Assembly: GCA_963555985.3 (NCBI GenBank)
Contig: OY820591.1
Span: 2,720,001-2,784,000 of the forward strand
Reading direction: 5' to 3'
DNA from: Dehalococcoidia bacterium
Lineage (GTDB): Bacteria > Chloroflexota > Dehalococcoidia > Bin125
DNA length: 64,000 bases
Below the pieces are notes generated by a model. It saw nothing but the letters and a program-made list of their open reading frames with translations. It did not search any database and was not told where the DNA came from. Positions 28,491-38,496 of this stretch are shown in pieces. Numbering within the stretch: position 1 is the first letter of the stretch; each line of letters begins with the position of its first letter. The position numbers and the translations under genes are program-made.

Positions 28491-29697
28491 GCTCCCGCTC
28501 GCGCAGCGCGGCGATCGCCTCTGCGTCATAGCCCAGACCCTCGAGCAGCGCCTCCGTGTCCTGACCGCGCGACGGGGCGCCTCCGCGCACTCGGCCCGGC
28601 GTCGCTGAGAGTTTTGCTGCGACGCCTGCCTGGCGCATCGTGCGACCGTCGGGGGTCGGTACCTCTACTACCATCTCCCGCGCGATGTTGTGCTCGTCGG
28701 TCAGCGCTTCTTCGAGGCTCAGGACCGGCTTTGCGCAGACGTCGACGTCGTTCAGCAGCTCGTGCCATTCGTCCGCTGTTCGTGTGCGGAACGCCGCCGC
28801 GAACGCTGCGCGCATCTGCTCGCGGCGCTCCGGGTCGTCCATGCCCTGATCGTCGATGAACTGCTCCAGTTCCAGCGCTCGGCAGAGATTGGCGTAGAAG
28901 TAGGGTTCCATCGAGCCGACTGAGAACCAGCGCCCGTCGGCGGTCTCGTAGACCTGGTAGTGCGGTTCGCCGCCGTTGAGGACGTGTTTGGCCGGTCGCA
29001 TATCCGCGCCTGCGCCCTCGTAGCCTGCCAGCGCCGACGTGATCAGCGACATTGCGCCGTCGGACATGCCTAAATCGATGTACTGTCCCTCGCCGGTGCG
29101 CTCTCGCGCCTGGAGGGCGCAGACGATGGCGAAGGCGGCCATCAGTCCGCCGCCGGCGAAGTCGGCGATGATGTTCGCCGGGATCGCGGGACGCCCGCCC
29201 GTGTCGTAGTCGCCGATCATGCCCAGCGCGCCCGCGGTGGCGATGTAGTTGATGTCGTGGCCGACGTGGGCGGCGTAGGGGCCGGTCTGGCCGAAGCCTG
29301 AGAGCGAGCAGTAGATCAGGCGATTGTTTCGGGCCGAGAGCGTCTCCCAATCGACGCCCAGGCGCTTGACTACGCCGGGTCGAAAGCCCTCCAACACGAT
29401 GTCGGCGTCTTCGGCCAGGCGGTAGAAGATCTCGCGCGCTTCGTCCGATTTCAGATTTAGGCCGATCGAGCGCTTGCCTCGTCCCAGCGCGTAGCTCGAA
29501 TAGCGCCGCCGTTCCTCGTTGGGGTCGGGCTTGCCGCCGAGGTCGCGGCGGCCGCGCGGGCGGCCGGCCTGCTCGATCAGGATCACCTCTGCGCCCATGT
29601 CGGCCAGCAGCATTGAGCAATAGGGACCCGGCGCGAGCGCGGAGAGATCGAGCACGCACAGGCCGTCCAGCGGCCCGTCCAGTCTGAGCTCGCTCAT
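28480..29697 (-). CDS. CaiB/BaiF class III CoA-transferase (methylacyl-CoA racemase-like)
   Basis: PGPYCSMLLADMGAEV, EGFRPGV, GHDINY, ADFAGGG. Confidence 0.93.
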   Translation of the reverse strand: MSELRLDGPLDGLCVLDLSALAPGPYCSMLLADMGAEVILIEQAGRPRGRRDLGGKPDPNEERRRYSSYALGRGKRSIGLNLKSDEAREIFYRLAEDADIVLEGFRPGVVKRLGVDWETLSARNNRLIYCSLSGFGQTGPYAAHVGHDINYIATAGALGMIGDYDTGGRPAIPANIIADFAGGGLMAAFAIVCALQARERTGEGQYIDLGMSDGAMSLITSALAGYEGAGADMRPAKHVLNGGEPHYQVYETADGRWFSVGSMEPYFYANLCRALELEQFIDDQGMDDPERREQMRAAFAAAFRTRTADEWHELLNDVDVCAKPVLSLEEALTDEHNIAREMVVEVPTPDGRTMRQAGVAAKLSATPGRVRGGAPSRGQDTEALLEGLGYDAEAIAALRERELIA

Positions 29698-29885
29698 GCG
29701 TTATTCCTCTCGGCTGTCCACCTGTGCGCTTGAGTGCAGGTTATTGCGCAGGGGGCGGTTGGGGATGGTTAGCGGGTGGTTGGGAATGGTTAGTCCTGTT
29801 CAGCGATTTTGCGGGGGCGTGCGCGGGGCGGTTTTGCGAATTGCCTGTGTTTTATGGGGTTTTGTGCGATCCTTGGTGAGTGGTT

Positions 29886-30023
29886 TGGGTGTTCGGAGAG
29901 TTTTTTCTTTCGGGCGGCCCCGAGAAAAAAAACGGGGGATGGGGGCTGAAAACGTTCAGGTTTGTTCAGGTTTTGCTGTTCGATTTTGGACGATTTTGGA
30001 CGAATTCGTTTGGATTTGGTCGA
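29886..30023. repeat. Degenerate 10-bp periodic repeat array, copy 3 (inverted relative to copy 2)
   Basis: aacgttcagg/tttgttcagg, cgattttgga x2, cgaattcgtt/tggatttggt; T- and A-tracts around cgggcggcccc. Confidence 0.65.
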
Positions 30024-30162
30024 GGCTGTGCGGGGCGTTTCGGGGCTTGGCGGGCGGGTCTGCATTGGGCGGCCTCCGGGTAGGCGTGCTTTTGTTCTAG
30101 CTTAGCAGGTTTGGGGCGGTTGGCGGCGCGGGTATGCTTGGGGGTAAGTAAGGGGGGCTGCG

Positions 30163-30495
30163 ATGGCGATCTTCGATACGGCGCGGCTGCTGGATGTGCT
30201 GGTGCGGGGCAGGATCGCGGAAGCGGCTCCGGCAGCGGAATTGGTGAGCGAGCTGGAAGAGCAGATGACCAATGTGCTCTCTGACTATCCAACGTATGAT
30301 CGGCTGAGCGTGGAGATTGGGCATGTGCTTCGCGCCATCGCCGAGGGTGAGCAACGCCGGGCTGAAATGGAGGCGCGGCTTACCGAGAGGATGGCGCAGC
30401 TCGAGACTCGAATGACCAGACTGATGCTGCAAGCGCTGGGGATTGGTCTGGGCGCGGTTGCGTTGGCGGTGGGGATCATTTTGGGGTTTGGGTAG
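30163..30495 (+). CDS. DUF1640/CCDC90-like coiled-coil membrane-anchored protein, copy 1
   Basis: FDT head, PT neck, heptad stalk, C-terminal TM. Confidence 0.75.
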   Translation: MAIFDTARLLDVLVRGRIAEAAPAAELVSELEEQMTNVLSDYPTYDRLSVEIGHVLRAIAEGEQRRAEMEARLTERMAQLETRMTRLMLQALGIGLGAVALAVGIILGFG

Positions 30496-30554
30496 CAGTG
30501 GTTATTCCCAGGCTCGACCTGGAATCTTGCCTCAGCTGTTGGCGTATCTGTTCG

Positions 30555-30595
30555 GGCGAGATACCCGCGGCGAGCGCGGGTATGACGATCTTTGA
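30555..30595. repeat. REP palindrome (family A)
   Basis: GAGATACCCGCG-CGCGGGTATGACGATCTTTGA, nearly identical to 4219-4259. Confidence 0.85.
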
Positions 30596-30669
30596 TACAC
30601 GCAACGGTTTCCCCAGGCGGGAATGACGGAGGTTTGGACGGGTATGCTTGGAGGGCAAGGGAGGCTGCG

Positions 30670-31035
30670 ATGGCGATCTTCAATACGGCGCGGCTGCTGG
30701 ATGTGCTGGTGCGGGGCAGGATCGCGGAAGCGGCTCCGGCGGCGGAGTTGGTGGATGAGTTGGAAGAGCAGATGACGAGCGCGTTGTCGGAATACCCGAC
30801 GCATGATCGGCTGGGGTTGATGGAGGAGCGGCTGCTGCGCATGATGGCGGAGATGGAGACGCGGCTGCTGCGTGAGCTGGCAGAGTTGAGACAGCAGCAA
30901 GCGGAGATGGAGGCGCGGATGACTGAGAGGATGGCGGAGCTCGAGGCTCGAATGACGAGACTGGTGCTGCAAGCGCTCGGGATTGGCCTGGGCGGGGTCG
31001 CGTTGGCGGTGGGGATTCTTTTGGGGTTTGGGTAG
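30670..31035 (+). CDS. DUF1640/CCDC90-like coiled-coil membrane-anchored protein, copy 2
   Basis: Near-identical ends to copy 1, stalk 11 aa longer; GGGAGG RBS. Confidence 0.75.
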   Translation: MAIFNTARLLDVLVRGRIAEAAPAAELVDELEEQMTSALSEYPTHDRLGLMEERLLRMMAEMETRLLRELAELRQQQAEMEARMTERMAELEARMTRLVLQALGIGLGGVALAVGILLGFG

Positions 31036-31044
31036 GCTGGGGGT

Positions 31045-31404
31045 ATGGCGACTGCGCGGAGCGGGCACTACAGCGATTTGAGCGCGGGGTGTCTGCGGAA
31101 AGCGTGGTTGCATTTGGCGGAGGGAGATTTGACGCAGGCGTCGGAGAAGGGCTGGGGCGCGGCGGCGCTGGCGGTGAAGGCGGTGGCGGAATCGCGGGGC
31201 ACTGCCCACACCGGGCATCGAGAGCTGTGGCGGGTGATCCGGCTGCTCGTGGGCGAAACGGGAGACAGCGACATCCGCGTCGACTTTGGGCTGGCTGGGG
31301 AACTGCACGTCAACTTCTATGAGGCCTGGCTGGAGCGGGAAGATGTGGAGGACTACCTCGGCCATGTAGAGCGGCTGGTGGGGAAGTTGGAGGCGCTGGT
31401 GTAG
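31045..31404 (+). CDS. PaREP1 family (HEPN-fold) protein
   Basis: QASEKGWGAAA, HRELW, LHVNFYE. Confidence 0.88.
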   Translation: MATARSGHYSDLSAGCLRKAWLHLAEGDLTQASEKGWGAAALAVKAVAESRGTAHTGHRELWRVIRLLVGETGDSDIRVDFGLAGELHVNFYEAWLEREDVEDYLGHVERLVGKLEALV

Positions 31405-31478
31405 GGGGCGGGAACGGCGTCCGATGGGGAAGATTGCGCCGCTTAGCTAACGGATCCTGTGTGGTGGGTCTCGACTGT

Positions 31479-32744
31479 TTAGTCCCCTACTGTCATGCGG
31501 CCGCGTTTGGCGTTTTCTTTGCGGAGGCCGCTGAGGGTGAGGGTGTTGCTCTTGATGCGGTTGCAGGGGGCGCAGAGGAGGAGGCGGTTGCTGATGTGGT
31601 TGAGGCCGCCGTCGGATCTGGGGGTGTTGTGGTCTAGTTCGAGGTAGAGGGGGTCGTCGAATTCTCGGTCGCAGCCGGCGCAGATCACGCCGTTCTCCTC
31701 GATCAGCGTGTCGACCATCTGTTGGCGTGTCATCTTGGGTCCGGGCGGCTCTTTGCTTCGCCTCTTCTTGGTTTTGAGGATTGGGGCGGCGGTCTCGCCG
31801 TCGTCGTTGCGGACGGGGGCTACGGTGCTGTAGCCGATCTGTCCGAAGGTGAGCAGTTGACCGCCGCTGTCGCCGTCCGGCGCGGCTAGCCCCTCTTTCT
31901 GCAAGCGATCGATCACCGTCTGGTGCGCCTTCTCCCAGATATCCATTCCGATCCACTGTCGTTCTGAGCGTTCCGCTGCAACAGGTGTAGTGGCGCAACC
32001 GCAGAATGGATCGAGCACGAGATCGCCCGGATTGCTAGAGGCGCGAATGATGCGTTCGTAGAGCGCGAGCGGTTTCTGGGTGGGATAGCCCATGCGCTCT
32101 TTGGCCATGTTATTGAGCGAGGGGATGTCGCTCCACACATCGAGCATTCCCTTTTGCTTGCCGGCCATCAGTTGGCTTGTCGCCGCCACTTTGGGCTTAT
32201 CGAAGACATAGGAGGCCGACTTGGAGTAGAACAGAATCACGTCGTGCTTACGCGAGTAGTACTTCGGAGAGCTGCCACCCAGTCCATACGTCCAGATGAT
32301 CTCGTTGATAAATCGCGCTCGCCCGAAGATGGCGTCGAGTAGGGACTTGAGGTAGTGGCTGGCGGTTGGGTCGCAGTGGAGGTAGAGGCTGCCGTCGTCG
32401 CGGAGGACTCGGTGCATTTCGAGCAGGCGGACACCCAGCCAGCAGAGGAAGGCGGCCATGTCTTCGCCGGCGGCGGCTCGGGCGGCTTCGATTACTTGCC
32501 AGACGGCGGGCCAGTCGTCCTGGATGGCGTCGACCCAGTCCTGGTGGACGTCTTTGTCCCAGCTCCAGCGGTCTTCGAACTTGGCGCCGGCGGCGAGGGA
32601 GTCGGGGGTGGCGTGGAAGTCGCGGCCTTTGTTGAAGGGCGGGTCGGTGGCTATGAGGTGGATGGTGTTGGAGTTGAGGCCTCGGAGGAAGGGGAGGTTG
32701 TCGCCGTGGAAGAGGGTTCGGTTGGTGAAGTTGGGGGTGGTCAT
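31479..32744 (-). CDS. Beta-class N6/N4 DNA methyltransferase fused to HNH endonuclease (#1)
   Basis: DPPF, YPTQKP, DPFCGC; C-terminal CxxC...LELDH...GG...N...CxxCN. Confidence 0.92.
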   Translation of the reverse strand: MTTPNFTNRTLFHGDNLPFLRGLNSNTIHLIATDPPFNKGRDFHATPDSLAAGAKFEDRWSWDKDVHQDWVDAIQDDWPAVWQVIEAARAAAGEDMAAFLCWLGVRLLEMHRVLRDDGSLYLHCDPTASHYLKSLLDAIFGRARFINEIIWTYGLGGSSPKYYSRKHDVILFYSKSASYVFDKPKVAATSQLMAGKQKGMLDVWSDIPSLNNMAKERMGYPTQKPLALYERIIRASSNPGDLVLDPFCGCATTPVAAERSERQWIGMDIWEKAHQTVIDRLQKEGLAAPDGDSGGQLLTFGQIGYSTVAPVRNDDGETAAPILKTKKRRSKEPPGPKMTRQQMVDTLIEENGVICAGCDREFDDPLYLELDHNTPRSDGGLNHISNRLLLCAPCNRIKSNTLTLSGLRKENAKRGRMTVGD

Positions 32745-32831
32745 GCTTCATATGTTCGCGTGGGTTGGGGTGGTTTGGCAAGTGGGCGGGGGGCGGCTGT
32801 GTGCTGGGCTGACGTTCGTGCTCGACTCGGC

Positions 32832-32915
32832 GAGATACCCGCGACGGAGCGCGGGTATGACGGAGTTTCTTTGGGGGAGAAGGGGAATGGATTCCCGCGT
32901 GCGCGGGAATGACGG
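32832..32915. repeat. REP cluster (family A plus ATTCCC-N8-GGGAAT family B)
   Basis: GAGATACCCGCGacggaGCGCGGGTATGAC; GATTCCCGCGTGCGCGGGAATGAC. Confidence 0.85.
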
Positions 32916-32953
32916 ACGGGGATGGGGGGATTCGGCTGAGGGGGGGTAGGCGG

Positions 32954-34015
32954 CTAGGGGGTGTCTGGCTGGGGTTGTTGGCGGAGAGGGAGTTGGAAGA
33001 GCCAGAGGAATAGCAGGCCCAGGATTGAGATCGGGATGAGCACTAGCCCGTGCAGGGTTGCGGCGTAGGCGATTGCGGCTTCTTCTGCGGCTTCTGGGCC
33101 TACTGCTCCGAGGGTGGGCAGCCAGATTAGTAGCACGGCTTTGGTTGCCCACTCGAACGGTCCTACTCCGCCTGAGGTGGAGGGGGCGGTGATGAGTAGG
33201 TTCGCTCCGGCTGCGACGAGTAGATAGACGACGAAGGGCAGGCCCAATCCGAAGGCTTTGCCGACCATCCAGTACATCACCGCTTCGAGGCCCCAGGCGA
33301 GGAAGCTGGCGACCAGCGCGCCGATGACTTGGCGGCGGTTCGCCTGGGCGGACATGCCGACGATCACGGGTTGCAGCCATGACCACTGGCGCCCGCGCTG
33401 TCCAGGCAGGCGGCGGAGGAGGTTGCGGGCGATCCGTTCGGCGTCGCGGGGACGGCGCGCGACCGCTCCGAAGACGAGGAAGGCTCCGATGATGCCGAAG
33501 ATGAGGAAGCCCATCGCGGCGGTCAAGGCGTCGCCGGCGTAGGTCATGCCGTCCAATCCGACCAGGCTCGCGCCGACTCCGGCGCAGAGGAAGAGGGTCA
33601 GCATGAGGCCGTCGTAGACGCGAGTCATGAAGATGCTGGAGAGTCCGGACAGGCGCGAGATTGCGTGACGCTGGTAGAGGACGTGGGCGCGGACCAGCTC
33701 GCCCGCGCGGAGCGGGAGCACGTTGTTGACGCCGAAGCCGATGGCGACGATCGGGAACAGCCGCCACCAGGCAATGGTTTCGATGTGCAGGAGGAGGTAG
33801 TGCCAGCGCCAGGCGCGGGCGGCGACGCCGGCGAAGTAGACGCCCAGGGCGGGGGCGATCCACCAGGCAGAGACTTCGGTGAAGGCTCGTCCCACCTGTG
33901 CGAAGTCGGTATGGCGCAGGAAGAGGACGATGAAGACGGTGCTGCCGCCTACGCCCAAGAGGGCGCGCGCTGTCCGACCCGTCGCCCAGGGCGGAGGGCG
34001 CAGACTCCGCCGCAC
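32954..34015 (-). CDS. Lysylphosphatidylglycerol synthase TM / flippase-like protein
   Basis: RAWRWH, NNVLPLRAGELVR, PSTSGGVGPFE. Confidence 0.88.
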   Translation of the reverse strand: MRRSLRPPPWATGRTARALLGVGGSTVFIVLFLRHTDFAQVGRAFTEVSAWWIAPALGVYFAGVAARAWRWHYLLLHIETIAWWRLFPIVAIGFGVNNVLPLRAGELVRAHVLYQRHAISRLSGLSSIFMTRVYDGLMLTLFLCAGVGASLVGLDGMTYAGDALTAAMGFLIFGIIGAFLVFGAVARRPRDAERIARNLLRRLPGQRGRQWSWLQPVIVGMSAQANRRQVIGALVASFLAWGLEAVMYWMVGKAFGLGLPFVVYLLVAAGANLLITAPSTSGGVGPFEWATKAVLLIWLPTLGAVGPEAAEEAAIAYAATLHGLVLIPISILGLLFLWLFQLPLRQQPQPDTP

Positions 34016-34018
34016 GGT

Positions 34019-35011
34019 TCAGCTCACTTCGATCCGTCGCGGCGGCAGCCGCAGGCTCTCGCGCGCCCAGACCAGGGCGCGGCGTTTCCAGTTGAGCCAT
34101 TGGCGGCGGCGCTGGGCCCAGGAGAGACGGGCCAAGCGGACGCCTTCGACGATCCCCATGGCGATCGCGGCCACAATCGCGCCGGCGATGATGTCGGCTA
34201 GGTAGTGCTCTCCGAGGTACATCAGGGCGAACGCGAGCGCGGCAGAGTAGAGCAGCGCAATTGCCACCAGCCAGCGGGAGCGGACGAGCAGCCCGACTCC
34301 CACGACGACGAACGAGGCGGCGAAGTGGAGCGAGGGCATCGCGGCGGTCGGGTTCGGCTCGGCCATGGTCTCGAACGCCCAGGCGTAGAAGCTCTCGCCC
34401 AGGAGCGCGGGGCCGACGCCGTTCATCACGCGGACGATCCCGTCCACCATGCCTTGCCCGGCGGCCATCCAGGGCGGCGCGGTGGGCACGGTGAAGTAGA
34501 GCAAGGCGCCGAGCATGAAGGTGCTCGCCACGATCAGGGTTACCCGCCAGGCGTACTTGCGCGCGAAGAGCCAGACTCCGACCACGGCTGCGTGGGGGAA
34601 GACGAACCAAGTCCAGTGGATCACGGCCGAGGCGTAGGCGGCGATGCCCGGATCGGAGCCGGTACCGCCGATCCGGGCCTGGAGCCAGGCCGAGGGCGTG
34701 GCGCCGGCGAACATCCACAGTTCCCAGTCGAGGACGTAGGCGGTGAGTGTGCGCAGTCCGGTTTCGTCGGCGGCGTCGCGGAGTTGGATGAAGAAGCCCA
34801 TCGTGATGATGTAGGCGGCGAGCGGTCCCCATTCGCCCCAACCGCGCGCGAGCAGGAACCCGGCGACGATCGCCAGGCCTGCGAGCGGAGCAAAGATGAC
34901 CGCGTCGAGATCGACGGTCTGACGCAGTACGACCGCGAGCACACCCGCAGCCAGCAATGACCAACAACCGAACCGCAACTCGCTTCGCACTGCCTGCTTC
35001 GCCTTCCTCAC
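34019..35011 (-). CDS. PAP2-family phosphatase/phosphotransferase (Aur1/IPC-synthase-like)
   Basis: PTAPPW, AAMPSLH, HYLADI. Confidence 0.85.
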   Translation of the reverse strand: MRKAKQAVRSELRFGCWSLLAAGVLAVVLRQTVDLDAVIFAPLAGLAIVAGFLLARGWGEWGPLAAYIITMGFFIQLRDAADETGLRTLTAYVLDWELWMFAGATPSAWLQARIGGTGSDPGIAAYASAVIHWTWFVFPHAAVVGVWLFARKYAWRVTLIVASTFMLGALLYFTVPTAPPWMAAGQGMVDGIVRVMNGVGPALLGESFYAWAFETMAEPNPTAAMPSLHFAASFVVVGVGLLVRSRWLVAIALLYSAALAFALMYLGEHYLADIIAGAIVAAIAMGIVEGVRLARLSWAQRRRQWLNWKRRALVWARESLRLPPRRIEVS

Positions 35012-35120
35012 AGTCGCTCGCTGATGTGCGGCGACTACTCAGCAGACGCTCCGCGAATTCATGCTAACGAACGGGACACGTCGGCTCAGAGCACTACGAA
35101 GAGGCGAAACATCTCGCCCG

Positions 35121-35861
35121 TCACTCAGCGGAATCCACCGGCGCCGCGCGCAGACGATCGCTGATCAGCTTCGCCACTGCATCAAGATCGGTGAGCGGTT
35201 GGATGGCGACGGCGCTCAGGGCCGGGACGTCGACGCGCAGGGCGACTTTGGCGAAGACGATCGCGCCGTCTTGGGCGAACACCACCAACTGCGTGAGCCA
35301 GCTTCCGCCCTGATGTCCGTGCAAGAGGGCTACCGACACGGCGGCGTCGCCGATTTCCGCGAGGGGGCGCACGGCGCTGTCGAACAGCTCATGCTGGGGG
35401 CTCGTAAAGGCCAGGGCGGTGCCGGGGGGCAGCGAGGCCAGGTAGCGAACCCACTCGGTCGCGGACTCGCGGCTGACATCGGTGAAGACGTGCATCCAGA
35501 AGGTCTCACCGGTCTGTGCCTGGGGGCTGGGCTGCATCAGGGCGCCGTCCGAGTGCAGGGCCCGCTGCGGCAGGGCGGCCAGGATCGGATCGGACATTTC
35601 GGCCAGATCGAGCGGCAAACCGGCGAGCAGGGTGGTGTCCTCGAGGTGGGAGCCGATGTCGGCCGCGGTTAACTCGAGTGTCCGCACCGGCGGCGCGCCC
35701 GGTTGTTCCTGGGCCGGATCCGGGGATTGGATCTGTTGCTGTTGCTCGGGTTCGGTCTGCTGGGCCGGCTCCTGCACGAGCGGCGGCTCGGGTTCGCCGT
35801 TGCAGCCGCTGGCCATGAAGGCGGCCAAACCCAGCGCCAGCGCGGCCCAGAGGCGACCCAT
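35121..35861 (-). CDS. Hypothetical lipoprotein
   Basis: Signal peptide with lipobox ASGC, Gln/Pro linker; follows the kinase gene. Confidence 0.65.
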   Translation of the reverse strand: MGRLWAALALGLAAFMASGCNGEPEPPLVQEPAQQTEPEQQQQIQSPDPAQEQPGAPPVRTLELTAADIGSHLEDTTLLAGLPLDLAEMSDPILAALPQRALHSDGALMQPSPQAQTGETFWMHVFTDVSRESATEWVRYLASLPPGTALAFTSPQHELFDSAVRPLAEIGDAAVSVALLHGHQGGSWLTQLVVFAQDGAIVFAKVALRVDVPALSAVAIQPLTDLDAVAKLISDRLRAAPVDSAE

Positions 35862-35863
35862 GA

Positions 35864-37477
35864 TTAGGCCCGCGCCGAGGCGTCGGCCGACGGCTCGGCG
35901 CTGTCCGACTGAGACGATTCGGCCTCGTCCGCGCGGCGCAGGATCACGCGGAAGGTGGTGCCCTCGCCTTGCTCGCTTGAGACCTGGATTTCGCCCCCTT
36001 GCGCGCGCACCAACTCACGCGCGATTGCCAGACCCAGGCCGGTGCCGCCCTGCGCGCCCGGGCGATCGGACTTGTAGTAGCGGTCGAACAGGTGCGGAAT
36101 CGCTTCTTCGGCGATCCCGACGCCGGTATCCGCGACGGCGATCGACACGCTGGTCTCGCTCTCCACGCGGGCGCTGAGCACGACATCGCCGCCCGGCGGC
36201 GTGTGCCGCAGCGCATTGTCTACCAAGTTGCCCAAGACCTGATCGAGCCGATCCCAATCGCCCAAGACGTCGCCCACATCCGACTCCGCGACCGACAGGC
36301 GCACATCCAACTCCTGCGCCCGCAAGGTGAACAGATCGCCCACGTGGGAGAGCAGCGTGGCCGCGTCGACCGGCTTGCGTTCCACCTGTACCTGCCCCGC
36401 CTCGATCCGCGAGAGGTCGACCAAGCCGCCGACCAGCCGCAGCAGCCGGCGCGATTCGTCCTCGATGATGCGGTAGGCGTTCTGGCGGCCTTCCTGTTCC
36501 TCGACCACGTTGTCCATCAGCGCGCGCGAGAAGCCGTTGATCGAGGTCAGCGGCGTTTGCAAGTCGTGGGAGACGTTGGCGAGGAAGTCGCGCAGGGCGG
36601 TCTGTTGCCGCTCGACTTCCTCGGTCATCTGATTAAACGACTGGGCCAGTTCCTGCGCTTCTTGCGAGCCTTCGACGGCGACGCGCTGTTGCAACTGTCC
36701 GCGGGCGACGCTCCGCGCGGCCGCCGCCACTCGCTGGACCGGGCGGTAGATCGAGCGCGAGACGAGGAATCCCACCAAGGTCGCGATCACGAGCGCCAGC
36801 ACGCCCGCGATCACGAGCCGCGAGGAGAGGTCGCCCAGCAGGGCCGCGCGCGGCTCGCCGACTAGCGCCACTGCGACGCAGCAGTAGCCCTGACGCGCCG
36901 CTTCCTCCTCTGACAATCGCGCCAGTACGTAGGTCAGCCGCTCGCCGCCCTCGGCTTCGACTGCGCCCTCGACATACGTGGTCCCGTCCTGCGCTGCGTC
37001 TGCCAGCGCGCCCAGTTCTATCGCCAGCTGCTCACCCAGGAAGCGATCTTCTCGTTCGGAAATCCGCACCACCTCGCCCGAGGCAGACAGTCCCAGCACG
37101 ACCACATCCAACTCGGCGACGATCGATCCGCTGACGCGGAGATCGGTCTCGAAGATGCTCAGCAGACGCTCAAAGGTCCGCGCCTCGCGCTCCTGCGAGA
37201 ACAGTTCCGGGCCCCAGGCCGTGGCCAGTTCGCGCACGCGCGACCTGTCCACCTCGTCCTGATAGCCGCCCAAGACCAGGAACAGGGCCAGCCCCGCCAC
37301 TGCCAGCGTAAGCAGAATGATCGCAATGAGGGTGGCGTAGATCCGGGCCCGGATCGTGCGCAGTTGGAGTCCGGGCCAACGTGGTTTGAGTTCGGCAGCG
37401 GGAGCCCAACGGGCGAGGTTTAGCCCCGGCCGCCTTCGTCGGTGGGCGCCGCGCGCAGAGACGCCACTCGCAGTCAC
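35864..37477 (-). CDS. HAMP sensor histidine kinase; start uncertain
   Basis: Two TMs, HAMP, VSHDLQTPLT, NLVDNA, GTGLGL. Confidence 0.93.
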   Translation of the reverse strand: MTASGVSARGAHRRRRPGLNLARWAPAAELKPRWPGLQLRTIRARIYATLIAIILLTLAVAGLALFLVLGGYQDEVDRSRVRELATAWGPELFSQEREARTFERLLSIFETDLRVSGSIVAELDVVVLGLSASGEVVRISEREDRFLGEQLAIELGALADAAQDGTTYVEGAVEAEGGERLTYVLARLSEEEAARQGYCCVAVALVGEPRAALLGDLSSRLVIAGVLALVIATLVGFLVSRSIYRPVQRVAAAARSVARGQLQQRVAVEGSQEAQELAQSFNQMTEEVERQQTALRDFLANVSHDLQTPLTSINGFSRALMDNVVEEQEGRQNAYRIIEDESRRLLRLVGGLVDLSRIEAGQVQVERKPVDAATLLSHVGDLFTLRAQELDVRLSVAESDVGDVLGDWDRLDQVLGNLVDNALRHTPPGGDVVLSARVESETSVSIAVADTGVGIAEEAIPHLFDRYYKSDRPGAQGGTGLGLAIARELVRAQGGEIQVSSEQGEGTTFRVILRRADEAESSQSDSAEPSADASARA

Positions 37478-37482
37478 TGCCC

Positions 37483-38211
<729 letters not shown>

Positions 38212-38352
38212 CAGGTCACCGTCTGCCCGTCGCCATCCTCACTATAGCCATATCTCCGTAGACCGCGCACGGCGGTCTAGCTCTCGCTTGAGAGGGGGCG
38301 ACTGAAGCAATGTATGGCGCACTTGAGAGGACTGCGGCATCTCCCCCTCAAG

Positions 38353-38496
38353 GAGAGTTGCGCGTACATCACATTCCCGTTGCTCTCGTCATTCCAGCGA
38401 ACGCTGGAATCTCGCTCCGACCAGAGAGCCCGCAATTCCGGACGAGATTCCAGGTCAAGCCTGGAATGACGGAATCCGGGATTACGCGCAGGTCTC
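38353..38496. mobile_element. Putative 144-bp MITE/REPIN-like element
   Basis: TIRs GAGAGTTGCGCGTA...TTACGCGCAGGTCTC enclosing GTCATTCC..GGAATCTC and GAGATTCC..GGAATGAC; flanked by CTCCCCC / GGGGGGGAG. Confidence 0.65.

Noticed and set aside
29790-30065. Small ORFs across the 10-bp repeat element
   Set aside because: The periodicity is not a multiple of three and no RBS or conserved frame is evident.
32748-34967. 739-aa minus-strand ORF and other long Arg/Pro-rich ORFs (e.g. 1609-3918, 39745-41139, 53127-54656)
   Set aside because: Shadow frames of real genes in high-GC DNA with no recognisable motifs.
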